A stretch of DNA of 64,000 bases, taken from the NCBI GenBank assembly GCA_964522405.1, contig CAZFTR010000006.1:2430-66429 (forward strand). The letters are read 5' to 3'. The position numbers and the translations under genes are program-made. The notes under the pieces were generated by a model that did no database searches, was not told where the DNA came from, and saw only the letters and a list, made by a program, of their open reading frames with translations. Of this stretch, positions 1 through 10,743 are shown piece after piece (position 1 is the first letter of the stretch; each line of letters opens with the position of its first letter). Source of the DNA: an uncultured Gammaproteobacteria bacterium. Lineage in GTDB: Bacteria > Patescibacteriota > Patescibacteriia > Magasanikbacterales > UBA922.

Positions 1-182
1 AGGAAAATATGAACACCAAGAAGATTAGAAAATTTGCAGAAGAAATTAAGAAAAAGGTTGGTATTAAAATAGAATTTATAGGTGAGGAATATACCACCAA
101 AGAAGCAGAAAGTATGGGGGGAGAAGTGAGTCTTGATGAGAAATCAGCCATGCTTATTCTTCAAAGTTATTTAAGTGGATAG
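1..182 (+). CDS. 3' partial CDS, possibly C-terminal end of a YqgF/RuvX-like Holliday junction resolvase
   Basis: Open frame from window start to TAG at 180-182; tail ...LDEKSAMLILQSYLSG resembles RuvX C-terminus; below ORF-track length cutoff. Confidence 0.3.
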   Translation, partial: ENMNTKKIRKFAEEIKKKVGIKIEFIGEEYTTKEAESMGGEVSLDEKSAMLILQSYLSG

Positions 183-191
183 TGCGGTATT

Positions 192-974
192 ATGCAAGCA
201 ATTACACTCAGTCGCAAAAATTTCCGAGAATACGATCAGGTAATTTCAGTATATACCAAAGAAAAAGGAAGATTGGATTTAATTGCACGCGGAGTAAAAA
301 AAACTACAAGCAGAAATTCGGCTCATCTTGAGCCTTTTTCTTTTGTTGATATTGAAACAGCAAATGGCAAAGAATTTAATATACTAACCAAAGTTAGATC
401 GGTTTATTATTTTCCCAAAATCAGATCAGATTTGGAAAAAAGTCTAAGTGCTCAATTTGCAGTTTTGTTTTTGACCAAATTAGTTCAAGTTGAATATTCA
501 GATAAAAGAGTTTTTGAATATTTAAAAGATTTTTTAAAATTTTTGGAATTAACGCCAAGTCCAAAATCAATTCTACTAGATGCCTATATTCTTGGAATCT
601 TGAGAATTTTCGGTCTAAGTCCAATGCTTGATAGTTGTGTTTTATGTTCCAAAACATTTAGAGAGATAGTAAAAAAACAATTAAATACAGACAAAGAAAA
701 AAGAAAACCCGCAGGATTTTATTTTGCAGGCGGTGGAATAGTTTGCCCGGATTGTAGAGTAGAGAAAATTCAGGTGGGGGAGCAGGTATCAATATGTGGA
801 TTAAAAGAAATAAGTAATATGATTTTTTTGCTCAAGGCAAATTTAAAAGCCGTAAGTACTCTTGAAATTTCTCGTGCTGAGCAGAAAAGATTACATGGTT
901 TGATTTATCAATATACACTTTATCATTCAGAGAAGAAGATTGTTGATTGGGGGAGATTAATAGTTAGTAGTTAA
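192..974 (+). CDS. recO: DNA repair protein RecO
   Basis: 260 aa; N-terminal OB-fold-like region and C-terminal CxxC...CxxC zinc motif (CSKTF...CPDC) typical of RecO. Confidence 0.65.
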   Translation: MQAITLSRKNFREYDQVISVYTKEKGRLDLIARGVKKTTSRNSAHLEPFSFVDIETANGKEFNILTKVRSVYYFPKIRSDLEKSLSAQFAVLFLTKLVQVEYSDKRVFEYLKDFLKFLELTPSPKSILLDAYILGILRIFGLSPMLDSCVLCSKTFREIVKKQLNTDKEKRKPAGFYFAGGGIVCPDCRVEKIQVGEQVSICGLKEISNMIFLLKANLKAVSTLEISRAEQKRLHGLIYQYTLYHSEKKIVDWGRLIVSS

Positions 975-1124
975 CAGAAAACAGTTAACAGTAGTGATTG
1001 GTGAGTGATGAATAGTGGCGGATGATAGGTAATTTCCCCTCCTTTCCAGGGAGTGGGTTAGGGGGTGGTTTCGCGCAAACAAAAAATCCAGCGCCTAGCT
1101 GGTTTTAAAATTTTCCTTTGGGCG

Positions 1125-1153
1125 GCGACAGAGATGTTCGATCTCTGTCGCCG
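1125..1153. terminator. Perfect 12-bp stem hairpin (ggcgacagagat/atctctgtcgcc) downstream of the island-1 ORF
   Basis: Seen directly; T/A-rich flanks on both strands. Confidence 0.4.
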
Positions 1154-1192
1154 CGCCAGTGTGAGTTTTGAGTGCGTTGTGTTGATGACCTT

Positions 1193-1486
1193 TCAGCCCG
1201 CCAATCCGATCAAGATCAGCAGGACCACGACGCCGACCCCGACACCGACGTAGGCCAGCAGCCGGCGACGGCGCTGACGCTCGAGTTGGATCCAGTCCAG
1301 CTCGGTCGGTGTGGGCAAGGCGCGGAAAGCGGCCTCGGCCTCGCGCGTGTCCCAGTGGACTTCGTGGGCGTTGTCGAAACGGCTGATCGCCCAACGCACG
1401 ATGCGGTAGCCAACGTAGATGGCCAACGCCAGTCCACCTGTCATTATGGTCAACACAACCAAGAAAATACAGCCACCTCTGCTCAC
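1193..1486 (-). CDS. Small membrane protein (2 predicted TM helices), GC-rich foreign ORF, GTG start
   Basis: 97 aa with hydrophobic N- and C-terminal segments; AAGGGGG Shine-Dalgarno 7 nt upstream of GTG; alternative overlapping frame 1095-1538 is less protein-like. Confidence 0.45.
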   Translation of the reverse strand: MSRGGCIFLVVLTIMTGGLALAIYVGYRIVRWAISRFDNAHEVHWDTREAEAAFRALPTPTELDWIQLERQRRRRLLAYVGVGVGVVVLLILIGLAG

Positions 1487-1786
1487 GTTTAGTCCCCCTT
1501 AACGTGTTCTTGTGGACAAAATCTAGATATTCATCCAAACTTAATCCACAAGAAAACAGTGTAGTATATCATAAAAAAAGCCTTTTGTCAAGGCAAAAAA
1601 GCCAAAATATTGCCAATTTTAGCCAAAAATGATACTATTTTAACAGTTTACTCTTTGGATTTTTTAAGAGTTACTAAATTAATTTTACAAGGTATTCGGA
1701 TTTACGGATAAATTCTGATAATTCGGATACACTTTATTTATTCGAATATCCGGATACAGCCACTAAATTACATAAAGGTTATTATT

Positions 1787-3079
1787 ATGAACATCCATAT
1801 AAAATCCGCATCCCAACATATCGACCAAGAAGTAACAATTCAAGGCTGGCTAAACAACAAACGTTCATCCGGTTCAATTGCTTTTCTTGAGCTTCGAGAT
1901 GGCTCTGGGTTTATCCAAGCCGTAGTTGCCAAAAATGCAATTGATGAAAAAGTTTGGCAGAGTGTTGAAAAAGCAACCCAAGAAACATCACTCTCAGTAA
2001 CCGGTAAAATCTCTAAACATCCCAAAAAAGAAAATGTTTTTGAACTTCAAGTTTCAGGAATTGAAATAGTTCATATTTCAAATGAGTATCCAATTACCAA
2101 AAAAGAACATGGTCCAGAATTTCTTCTTGATAATCGTCATCTCTGGCTTAGAAGTAAAAAACAATGGGCTGTTCTTCGTCTTCGCCATTTAGTAAAAACT
2201 GGATTTCAAGATTATTTTAATTCCAATGGCTATATTGAATTAGACACTCCAACTTTCACACCAAATGCTTGCGAAGGAACTACTGACTTATTTGAAGTAG
2301 ATTATTTTGGGACTACAGCTTACTTAACTCAGAACGGACAATTATATTTGGAAGCAATGGCCATGTCTTTTGGAAAAGTCTATGATCTTTGTCCAAATTT
2401 TCGTGCGGAAAAATCTAAAACCAGAAAACATCTTACAGAATTTTGGTCGCTCAATCCGGAAATTGCTTTTATAGATCATGAAGAAAGTTTGAAAATTCAA
2501 GAAGAGTGCACAAAGCATATGGTTAAATATGTTCTTGAGCATGGTAAACAGGAATTAGAACTGCTTGAAAGAGATATCTCAGAATTGCAAGCAATAGTAG
2601 ATGGTCAATTTATGCATTATGAATATGCAGACGCAATAGAAGAATTACAAAAACGCGGTTCCAAGATTCAGTATGGAGATGATCTCGGAGCAGAAGATGA
2701 AGTGCTTTTGACAGAAGATTCTCTAGTTCCTGTGATAGTGAAAAATTGGCCAAAGAAGATCAAACCTTTTTATATGAAAGATCATCCAGAAAAAGAAGGA
2801 GTGGTGTTAAATGCCGATGTCTTAGCTTCAAAAGGTTTTGGAGAAATAATCGGCGGATCTCAGCGTGAAGATGACTATGATCTACTAAGATCAAGAATAG
2901 AAAAAGAAGGTTTGGATTTAGAAGTATTTGAATGGTATCTAGATCTTCGAAAATATGGTTCAGTTCCTCATTGTGGCTTTGGAATTGGTATTGAGCGCAT
3001 GACTCGTTGGATGGCTGGTATACATCATATTCGGGAAACAATTCCATTTCCAAGAATGCTTAATCGCATCAAACCCTAA
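1787..3079 (+). CDS. asnS: Asparaginyl-tRNA synthetase (class IIb)
   Basis: 430 aa; motifs TQNGQLYLEA, FRAEKSKTRKHLTEFWSLNPEIAF and GGSQRE...HCGFGIGIER match AsnRS signatures. Confidence 0.8.
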   Translation: MNIHIKSASQHIDQEVTIQGWLNNKRSSGSIAFLELRDGSGFIQAVVAKNAIDEKVWQSVEKATQETSLSVTGKISKHPKKENVFELQVSGIEIVHISNEYPITKKEHGPEFLLDNRHLWLRSKKQWAVLRLRHLVKTGFQDYFNSNGYIELDTPTFTPNACEGTTDLFEVDYFGTTAYLTQNGQLYLEAMAMSFGKVYDLCPNFRAEKSKTRKHLTEFWSLNPEIAFIDHEESLKIQEECTKHMVKYVLEHGKQELELLERDISELQAIVDGQFMHYEYADAIEELQKRGSKIQYGDDLGAEDEVLLTEDSLVPVIVKNWPKKIKPFYMKDHPEKEGVVLNADVLASKGFGEIIGGSQREDDYDLLRSRIEKEGLDLEVFEWYLDLRKYGSVPHCGFGIGIERMTRWMAGIHHIRETIPFPRMLNRIKP

Positions 3080-3207
3080 GAAGCAGAATATACTACACGG
3101 ATTTTATAAAATGTGCTATAATATTTTCATAAGATAATTGGCAAAAAATACAATTTTTGCAGATCTTATGACTATGCAATTTTTGGCATAGATAATTTCT
3201 ATTAAGC

Positions 3208-6200
3208 ATGCGTGGGTCCACAAGACACACAATTATGCAGATAAAAACGGCAGTCAAAAAACTACTGCCTAGTAAGCTTAAACGTTATCAAAAAATAGCG
3301 CTTTTTGCGTTCGTTTTGCTTGGATCATTATTTTTTATTTCGAGTGTTGCTCAGGCAGGACAAGGTCCGGTTACTGATCTTATCAATGGTTTAATCAGTG
3401 CTGTATCTTGGATGCTAATTGTTACTGCTCGTATTTGTATTGGTTTTACTATATTTTTCCTAAGATTTTTTATAACTTTGGCCAGCTACAATGATTATAT
3501 AAATGCCGATATTGTTAAGCTGGGTTGGATCATGGTTCGTGATGTGGCCAATATGGGATTTGTAGTGGCTATGTTGGTTATTGCTTTTGCTACAATTCTT
3601 GGAATTGAGCAATATGAATTCAAAAAAGGTCTGGTAAAAGTCATACTGGCAGCAGTATTTATCAATTTCAGTAATTTGATTGCTCAGGTTTTTATTGACG
3701 CAGCACATGTTTTTACAATTACATTTTTAAACGCAATTTCAGTTACAGCAGGTGGTAATCTGATCACCATGTTCCAGCTCGATAAGATGCTGGATTTTGC
3801 TTCGAACAAGCCTCCTGGTGAGCTTAAGTTTGAAGTTCTGGGTGGTTCTATAGTTGCCTTTGTTTTTTCATTTATGGCTATGGCAGCTATGGGAGCCTAT
3901 GTTCTCGTTATGATGCTTCGTGTAGTTTTGCTTTGGGCTCTTATAATTTTGTCACCACTTGCTTATATTTTTGCAGTTTTACCGAAGACTGAGAAATATT
4001 CTCAAGAATGGTGGAAAGAATTTGGAGAGCAGGTCATGGTGGCGCCAATCATGGTATTTTTCCTATGGTTGTCTTTTGCAGCGCTCGGAAGCGGACAAGC
4101 GCTTGAACAAATCAATTCTTCCCCAGGTGCAGTACCACTGAAGATAAAAACCACAACTGACTATTCTGTATCTTTGACCAAAATTTCAACTTGGGAAAAC
4201 ATGGCCAATTTCTTGTTGGCTATAACTTTCATGTATATTGGTATTCAAAAAGTTGGTGAATCAGGCGCTTATGGAGGAAAAATTCTGCAAAATACCATGA
4301 GTACAGCCAAGAAGATCGGAGTTATTGCAAGTGGATATGCCACAGGAAGATGGTTGGTTGGCGGCGCAGCAGATGTCGGTAAAAAAGGTGTAAAAGAAGG
4401 TCTTTATCGACTTCCTCTTGTTGGTGGAGAAAAATGGGAAAGATATGCTAAGACTTTTGGTCATGGAATAAAAGGTATGTACATGGGTAAGGGTTTTGAA
4501 ATTACAGAAAAGGGTGAGCAGATACAGGGGGATTTGCGCGAAGAACAGACATTGGCAAAAGCATTAAAGGCTGGTGGTTCAGAAGCACTGGCTGGAGATA
4601 TAGAAAGATTAGAAGCACAGCAATCGGCAGCTAATATCAATTTAGAGGGTCAAAGAACAAACTTAGAAGCACAAGAGGCCGCTGGAGATATGGTGAATGC
4701 AGAGAAGACTAGAGCAGGTATAGCAGAAACAGAACGTGAGCTCGAAACCATAGAAGGTCATCTTGCAACAAATAAGAGGGTTAAGGAAAGAATTGACCGT
4801 GAAGGTTATACAGCGGATGATGTGGATGAAATTGAGCAAAATATCCAAGATCTGCAAAAACAATTAAAAGGTCAAGTTGGTGGTCGAGGCGGAGGAAGAG
4901 TGAGTGGCCTAATAGGTGCTATGGCTCGCGCCAATATCAAATCTCAAAAACGTCTCGCTAAAACTGAAAGACAGGCAGATGAAAGAAAACAATTACTCTG
5001 GAAAAGAACCGGTTCCCAGGCTGGTGGTTATTTGGTTGGAATGGGTCGTGTCGGTGATGTATACAGAGGAAGAGAAGCACAAGATCGTGTGGAGCGTGGC
5101 TGGCTAGCAGCTGAGTCTATGCGCTCCAAGGCCAAAGATGAAGAGTATGAAACCATGGGAAAAATGGAAGTTCTGGCCAAGCCACGTCTTAAATACAATG
5201 TAAATACTGGAGAGATTACTTATGAAGATACCAAAGGAACTGTAGCAGAGAGAATAGCAGAGCATGAAGTTGGACGTGATCAGTATCAAGATGCAATTAA
5301 GAAGCTGCAAGGTGAGGCAAGATTGAAAATTGTTGCTGATTTTGATGCTAATATGTCAAAATCTAATAATATTTCAGCAGAAATAGATAAATTGAAAAAA
5401 GAATTAGAAAATGTTGATAGTCCGGAATTTGCCAATAAAATTAAAAAGAGAATTGAACAGTTGGAGCAAGAGTTATCAGGTGTGGAGAGGGGAAGTGAGG
5501 AAGGACAGAAGTTGACTGATGAAATTAAAGTTTTTAAGGGTGTTAGAGATTCATTAGCTTTTGCTCAAGCTCAAAAAAATATACAGGATTTAGAAGCTCA
5601 AACCACTGCAGACGGTTTTGACCCAAGTTCTGAGAAGGGTCAGGAAATGTTGCGTGAATTGGAGCGTCTAAGAGAAGAATTTAGTGCAGAAGGTGGAGAA
5701 CAGAAAATACAAAAATGGGAAAGTTGGAAAACAGATCTAGACGATGGAATTCTTCATGAAGAGAGAAGAAGAGAGCAGAATAGAGAGATTACTGAACAAA
5801 AAAGAGAAGAATTGAAAACAGTTACCGATGAAGATGAACGAGCTAGGATTATAAAAATGATCGAAAGAGGAGAGGAGCATGACTCCAAATCTGCTTCAAT
5901 AATTACAGATTTAAAATCTCGACGATCATTACTTGATGATCCTGATAATTTAGATTTGGTTGAAAAAGAAATTGATGCTGCTCAAAGAAGATTCACAGAT
6001 TGGGTTCCAGCTGATGCTGAAGAGGCTGAGGCGTATAGAGCAGAGAGAACTGAGAAAGAGGCAGAGTTGGCGAGGTTGAGAGAAGAATACGCTCCTTTTG
6101 CGGAGGATGATGTTAGGGCTAAAGAATTACAAGAACAAATTTCTCAAAAAGAGGCTCAGTTAAATGGTATTGATATTAATAGCGATGAAGGAAGAGCTCG

Positions 6201-9200
6201 TTTGCAAGCGCAACAAGAATTACCTGAGGATTTAAGGTTGTTGGAGTCCATGGACGGATATATGTATGGTTTGCAATATTATAGAGATTGGTCACAAGCT
6301 AGACATGACTCTCAAGATGAAGATTTAACTCAAGATGAGAGAGATCAAGCTGCTCAGAGATTTGCAGATATGGATGCTGTGTTTACTGATCACAATTCAA
6401 ATGAAAGAAAAGCTTTTAATAGAGTGGTTGGCATTCAAAATGGTTTAAGTGATGAAATCAGAGGTTATGAAGATAGAAAAAGAGAGATTGATACTGAGAT
6501 GCAAGGATTGCAAGCTATAATAGATGATCCAAATGAATCAGATGAAAACAAGGCTACTGCTGCCCAAAGCATAGGTACTTTAAATGCTGAAAAAGCAGAT
6601 ATTGATACCAATCATGCAAGAGCAGAACGTAGACATGGTATGATAGCTGATGTGTTTTCTAATGATGATTTAGATACAGCACTAAATCAAACAATCACTG
6701 AAAAGATAGGGCAACTAGATGAAGCCATTGCAAAACAATTAGTTGATTTTGGTCCTGCCGGTAGAGCTGGAACCGAAAGAGAAATAGAAGATTTGCGTGC
6801 TGAACATACTGAACGGACGGCAGCAAAAAGAACTCAAGTCCAAGCTGCTCGCCAAAGCGCCAAAGCAGCAATCAGTGCTCAGATAGATGATCAACAAGCA
6901 GCACTCAAAAAAGTACAACAAGGCGTTGTCAAGACAATGACCGGTGTAACCTATGGTTCATTCTTACAAACCAAGGCAGAAGCGCAAATAGTAAGCGAAA
7001 TTCTTGATGCAGATGAAAAGAGATTGGTAGAAGGTCAACTTCAGAAGGAATATAATCTTGGTGCTTTGGTTGATGCCGCTGCTTCTCAAGACAATCGAGG
7101 AGATTGGAGTAAGAGTGTGCAAGCGGCTCGTGAAGAAGGAAAAGTAATCGCAGCTGAGATCGATAAAAAAAGAAAAATTGAAATTGGAAATTTTGATAGG
7201 CAGCTTAGCGGTTTACAAGATAAAAGAGGAGAACTGCAGAAGCAGGCTGATACTTATGGAGCTGCTTCTAGAATTGAAAAAGCAATGACCGGGCTTGATG
7301 CCAAAGCACAAGAATTGAGAGATCAGAAAGATGCGGTTGATGCTAGCGCTGACTCTGATCAAAATAAAAAGAAAAAGAAAGATGCTCTTGATAAGCAACT
7401 GGCTGCTCTGGCACAAAACAGACAAAAAATGGCTGATGATTTGAAGAAAGCCACAAAAGATCGAGATAAGCTTGCTGGTGTGGAAAAAGGAATGTCAGAC
7501 GATGAAAAGAAGACGAAGAGAGAAGAAGGTGAGGCTGCCATTAAGACACAATTAAATACTACTGATTCAGACATATTTACTCTTTCTTCAACTATAAAAG
7601 ATAAAGAAAAAGCTTTGGAAGAAACTGATACTTACTGGGCAGAATTGATGCGCAGAAAAAAACAAAATGCAAGAAAGGTAAAAGATGAACAAACCAGCCT
7701 CGATAAAAGGGCTAATCGATTGCGTTCTGGAGACACTGGTGCTGCCAATGAGATCATTGAATCTATTGAAACAGCTCTTAGTGAAGAACAAGCTAAACCT
7801 GTCGCAGCCAGAGATGAAGCAAAAATTGACAAACTAAAAGGTGATCTTACTTCCATGCGCAAGATTAAGTCCAAGATTGGAAGGGCAGGTCTGGCTTGGC
7901 GCTATGGTGTGGCCAAAGGTAAGCAGGCTGATGCTACTCGTGGTTATAAATATGCTCATAATCTCTTGCTTTCAGAAGCAGAACAGAGGGCAATTCATGA
8001 TGAAAGAGGACTTGATACACCGAAATCAACTCTTACTGAACTGATTGAGGAATATGGAAAGAGTTTTGGTGAGATGTCAGTTGATAGTTTTGTAGCCAAT
8101 GCCGGACCTATGCTAACTAAAATGCTCAAGAAAAATAAAGCAGGTACTATGACTGAGCAAGATCGAGCAGCTCTCATGGGACTTTTTAAGCGTGGGTTTG
8201 ATCGAGCTTGGATTGATGACGCTATTTATGCCATTATGGACAATGAAGAAGCCAAAGAATTAATTGGTGATGAGTTGGGATGGACAAATTCAAAGTATTC
8301 TGATGAAAAAGTAAGAGATATTCAAATGCTTTTTGCCACTGGAGCAAATGTTGATTTTGTAAAAGACAATGCTGTGGTAACTTCAATTTCAGATGTTCTT
8401 GAAAATGATCATGGAATTAGAAATACAGAAGAAGTGATGAAGATGATGAGCACAGGTGTTTATTTGGATAAATCAGGTGTGGATGTTAGTCAACAAGTAC
8501 ATGATAAAGTTCGTGAATCAATGGCGTCTACCAATACAAAATTCAGTAGTGAACAAGAACAGAATTTTGTAAATTTCTTTAAGCATCTAGTTAAGGGAGA
8601 TGAGCAGGCATTGCTGGACGTGCAATCTCAGAGAAATAAAATTGTTGGTGGTTGGATGAAAGAAATCAGAGCCAGACAATCAGAAATGCAATATTTAGGT
8701 AATCTGCGTCCGGAAGCCATTGCCAACGGCCACTATGAAAACGCCGGTTGGGCTCTGACCCGTGAAGTTGGTGGTGGTGAATCACTCTATGTAGCTCAGG
8801 GTTTGAGAAGCGCTAGAGCTCATGTGATGGGAGATGTGAGAAAATCAGATGTGCGAACTCGTGCTAAATCTCAGACTCATTCTTGGGCTGATCTGGATGA
8901 GAGAAATGGACAAGTAGTAACCCAGATCAGAGAAGGTCAATTTACAGATACTTTCAATGGTATTGATCCTAGAACTTTTAACAGTATTAACCCGCGTGCT
9001 CGTGTGCATATGATGGGTCTTTCCGGTAGTGATAAATACTCTGATTTTCGAGATGGATCTGATGGTTCATTTACAGCAGCTCGAATGACTGATAGTACCG
9101 GCGCGCTTACCAATGCCGGAAAAACTTGGTCTCAAGAACTTTCTCAGGATAGTGTGTATGGTAGTCATTTCAAAAAAGCCAAAACTAGAGATCGCCAACA

Positions 9201-9534
9201 GGAATTGATGTCAGCCGGTATTATGAATAGGCTCTATGCTCGTGAGATTCGTGGAAATACTCATGGATTCCTCATGCTTGCTGCAGAAGCTGCCGGTATG
9301 GATCCAACCCAGGCAGCGCGTGATGGTAAAATTAATTTTAAAATGTATAATCCCGCAGAAGGAAAAGAAATAAGATATCGAGATGTAAACAGATTGATCG
9401 ATGATTTCAATAGAGGAGATTGGGAAATGGATGCCAATGGAAGATTTAGTAGAAGTTCTAAACCTTCATCTCAATTGCAACATTTCACTCCGTCAAGTGG
9501 AAAGGCAGATGAGGATTATTATCTCGATGAATAA
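3208..9534 (+). CDS. Giant membrane protein: N-terminal TrbL/VirB6-like polytopic domain fused to ~1700-aa charged coiled-coil region
   Basis: 2108 aa; signal peptide plus about 6-7 TM helices in the first ~330 aa, then long E/K/R/Q/A-rich heptad-like sequence; genomic context with PrgI-like and VirB4. Confidence 0.55.
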   Translation: MRGSTRHTIMQIKTAVKKLLPSKLKRYQKIALFAFVLLGSLFFISSVAQAGQGPVTDLINGLISAVSWMLIVTARICIGFTIFFLRFFITLASYNDYINADIVKLGWIMVRDVANMGFVVAMLVIAFATILGIEQYEFKKGLVKVILAAVFINFSNLIAQVFIDAAHVFTITFLNAISVTAGGNLITMFQLDKMLDFASNKPPGELKFEVLGGSIVAFVFSFMAMAAMGAYVLVMMLRVVLLWALIILSPLAYIFAVLPKTEKYSQEWWKEFGEQVMVAPIMVFFLWLSFAALGSGQALEQINSSPGAVPLKIKTTTDYSVSLTKISTWENMANFLLAITFMYIGIQKVGESGAYGGKILQNTMSTAKKIGVIASGYATGRWLVGGAADVGKKGVKEGLYRLPLVGGEKWERYAKTFGHGIKGMYMGKGFEITEKGEQIQGDLREEQTLAKALKAGGSEALAGDIERLEAQQSAANINLEGQRTNLEAQEAAGDMVNAEKTRAGIAETERELETIEGHLATNKRVKERIDREGYTADDVDEIEQNIQDLQKQLKGQVGGRGGGRVSGLIGAMARANIKSQKRLAKTERQADERKQLLWKRTGSQAGGYLVGMGRVGDVYRGREAQDRVERGWLAAESMRSKAKDEEYETMGKMEVLAKPRLKYNVNTGEITYEDTKGTVAERIAEHEVGRDQYQDAIKKLQGEARLKIVADFDANMSKSNNISAEIDKLKKELENVDSPEFANKIKKRIEQLEQELSGVERGSEEGQKLTDEIKVFKGVRDSLAFAQAQKNIQDLEAQTTADGFDPSSEKGQEMLRELERLREEFSAEGGEQKIQKWESWKTDLDDGILHEERRREQNREITEQKREELKTVTDEDERARIIKMIERGEEHDSKSASIITDLKSRRSLLDDPDNLDLVEKEIDAAQRRFTDWVPADAEEAEAYRAERTEKEAELARLREEYAPFAEDDVRAKELQEQISQKEAQLNGIDINSDEGRARLQAQQELPEDLRLLESMDGYMYGLQYYRDWSQARHDSQDEDLTQDERDQAAQRFADMDAVFTDHNSNERKAFNRVVGIQNGLSDEIRGYEDRKREIDTEMQGLQAIIDDPNESDENKATAAQSIGTLNAEKADIDTNHARAERRHGMIADVFSNDDLDTALNQTITEKIGQLDEAIAKQLVDFGPAGRAGTEREIEDLRAEHTERTAAKRTQVQAARQSAKAAISAQIDDQQAALKKVQQGVVKTMTGVTYGSFLQTKAEAQIVSEILDADEKRLVEGQLQKEYNLGALVDAAASQDNRGDWSKSVQAAREEGKVIAAEIDKKRKIEIGNFDRQLSGLQDKRGELQKQADTYGAASRIEKAMTGLDAKAQELRDQKDAVDASADSDQNKKKKKDALDKQLAALAQNRQKMADDLKKATKDRDKLAGVEKGMSDDEKKTKREEGEAAIKTQLNTTDSDIFTLSSTIKDKEKALEETDTYWAELMRRKKQNARKVKDEQTSLDKRANRLRSGDTGAANEIIESIETALSEEQAKPVAARDEAKIDKLKGDLTSMRKIKSKIGRAGLAWRYGVAKGKQADATRGYKYAHNLLLSEAEQRAIHDERGLDTPKSTLTELIEEYGKSFGEMSVDSFVANAGPMLTKMLKKNKAGTMTEQDRAALMGLFKRGFDRAWIDDAIYAIMDNEEAKELIGDELGWTNSKYSDEKVRDIQMLFATGANVDFVKDNAVVTSISDVLENDHGIRNTEEVMKMMSTGVYLDKSGVDVSQQVHDKVRESMASTNTKFSSEQEQNFVNFFKHLVKGDEQALLDVQSQRNKIVGGWMKEIRARQSEMQYLGNLRPEAIANGHYENAGWALTREVGGGESLYVAQGLRSARAHVMGDVRKSDVRTRAKSQTHSWADLDERNGQVVTQIREGQFTDTFNGIDPRTFNSINPRARVHMMGLSGSDKYSDFRDGSDGSFTAARMTDSTGALTNAGKTWSQELSQDSVYGSHFKKAKTRDRQQELMSAGIMNRLYAREIRGNTHGFLMLAAEAAGMDPTQAARDGKINFKMYNPAEGKEIRYRDVNRLIDDFNRGDWEMDANGRFSRSSKPSSQLQHFTPSSGKADEDYYLDE

Positions 9535-9543
9535 AAAATAATT

Positions 9544-10737
9544 TTGGCGCTAATTAAAAATATGTTTTCATTGCCAACTATAATAATGCAACTTTATCCG
9601 GGTAAGACTGAAGAAGAGATTCAGGCTATTTCTGATGCTTGTCTTAGGGGTGGAGCAAATTATTATCACCGAACTTGGAAAGAAGTAAAAAAAGAAGATC
9701 TGGGCAAAGAAGAGGTTATTCTTAATTTGATTCGCACTATTCACACTTCTCAGCATTCATATTGGGGCGGGGTTGACGAAATTATGAGATCATTGGAAGA
9801 ATGGTCAGACGGAATAATTATTTTTGAAGGCCTAAACAAAGAACAAAATGAATTTTATCAGAGATTTTATTGTTTTATTGGATTTTTGAATTTTGCTTAT
9901 ATTGAATTTAAGAGAAAATTATTTTTGCTTGAATCTAGATTTCTTGTTTTGGCCTGTATCTGGGAAATTCCGGTCTATGTCAATGTACAACTTTATTTTT
10001 CCAGATATGCCTTTGTGGAAGGTATGAGAAATGATGCTATTCTCATGGCTGATTCTATTGAGAGAAATTGGGCGCCGGTAGGAGAAGAGGGTAGAGCGGA
10101 ATTAACTGTTGAAGAGTGGGTTAGGAAATTCAATGAAAAACCATTTACTAATTTTGGTGGTAGAATTGATGATTATTTTGTAGATAATTTGGAAGTAAAT
10201 AGATTTGATCAAGGAGTTCAAAATGTTTTGAGAAAAATCTTTACTCTTTATTGGGGGCTTAGATCCGGATCTGTCTGGAGAGAAATTTCAGAAGATTTGC
10301 ATATTGCCGGATATGAAAACAAAAAAGTGAGAGAAAATAAGACTGCAGATCAATATTACTTGCAAATGCTCCAAGAAGCTGATAAAGAAGGATTTCTTAT
10401 CTGGCTCACGAGTTATGATCATTTTGTAGATTGGGTACTTGCTGTTGGAAAAAGTGATGAGTTTATGAATCAATTATTTTATATTCTTACTCAGAAAGTT
10501 GATTTGGATGATGTTGAAGAATTAGGTTATTTTGTAGATTTGATGGAGGCTTTGCAAAAAAATGAATGGTCACTTGGTTCTGATTTGGTTTACTATGATG
10601 AGGAAACTTCAGGTTTTAGATGGAATCAAGACATAATTGAAGCTCTAAAAGAAGAGGTTGAGTATGTAAAATTATATGGAGAAAAACCAAGACCCCAAGT
10701 GTTAACTATGCCTGAGAAATTAGATATAAAAGAATAG
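9544..10737 (+). CDS. Hypothetical protein (T4SS-cluster associated)
   Basis: 397 aa ORF, coding-like composition, no recognised motif. Confidence 0.5.
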   Translation: MALIKNMFSLPTIIMQLYPGKTEEEIQAISDACLRGGANYYHRTWKEVKKEDLGKEEVILNLIRTIHTSQHSYWGGVDEIMRSLEEWSDGIIIFEGLNKEQNEFYQRFYCFIGFLNFAYIEFKRKLFLLESRFLVLACIWEIPVYVNVQLYFSRYAFVEGMRNDAILMADSIERNWAPVGEEGRAELTVEEWVRKFNEKPFTNFGGRIDDYFVDNLEVNRFDQGVQNVLRKIFTLYWGLRSGSVWREISEDLHIAGYENKKVRENKTADQYYLQMLQEADKEGFLIWLTSYDHFVDWVLAVGKSDEFMNQLFYILTQKVDLDDVEELGYFVDLMEALQKNEWSLGSDLVYYDEETSGFRWNQDIIEALKEEVEYVKLYGEKPRPQVLTMPEKLDIKE

Positions 10738-10743
10738 AAAATT

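Larger units (their letters stand above)
1035..1510. other. High-GC island 1 (compositionally foreign segment)
   Basis: Abrupt shift to ~60% GC between recO and asnS in a ~36% GC background; contains its own ORF, RBS and hairpin. Confidence 0.6.

Noticed and set aside
1095-1538. 147-aa minus-strand ORF and 1172-1492 plus-strand ORF in island 1
   Set aside because: They overlap the 97-aa membrane ORF in other frames. Their products lack protein-like features. Only the frame with TM helices and a strong RBS was kept.
1560-1790. T-box riboswitch upstream of asnS
   Set aside because: No T-box consensus (AGGGUGGNACCGCG-like) or specifier/antiterminator arrangement is visible. Only the CGGATA direct repeats are present.
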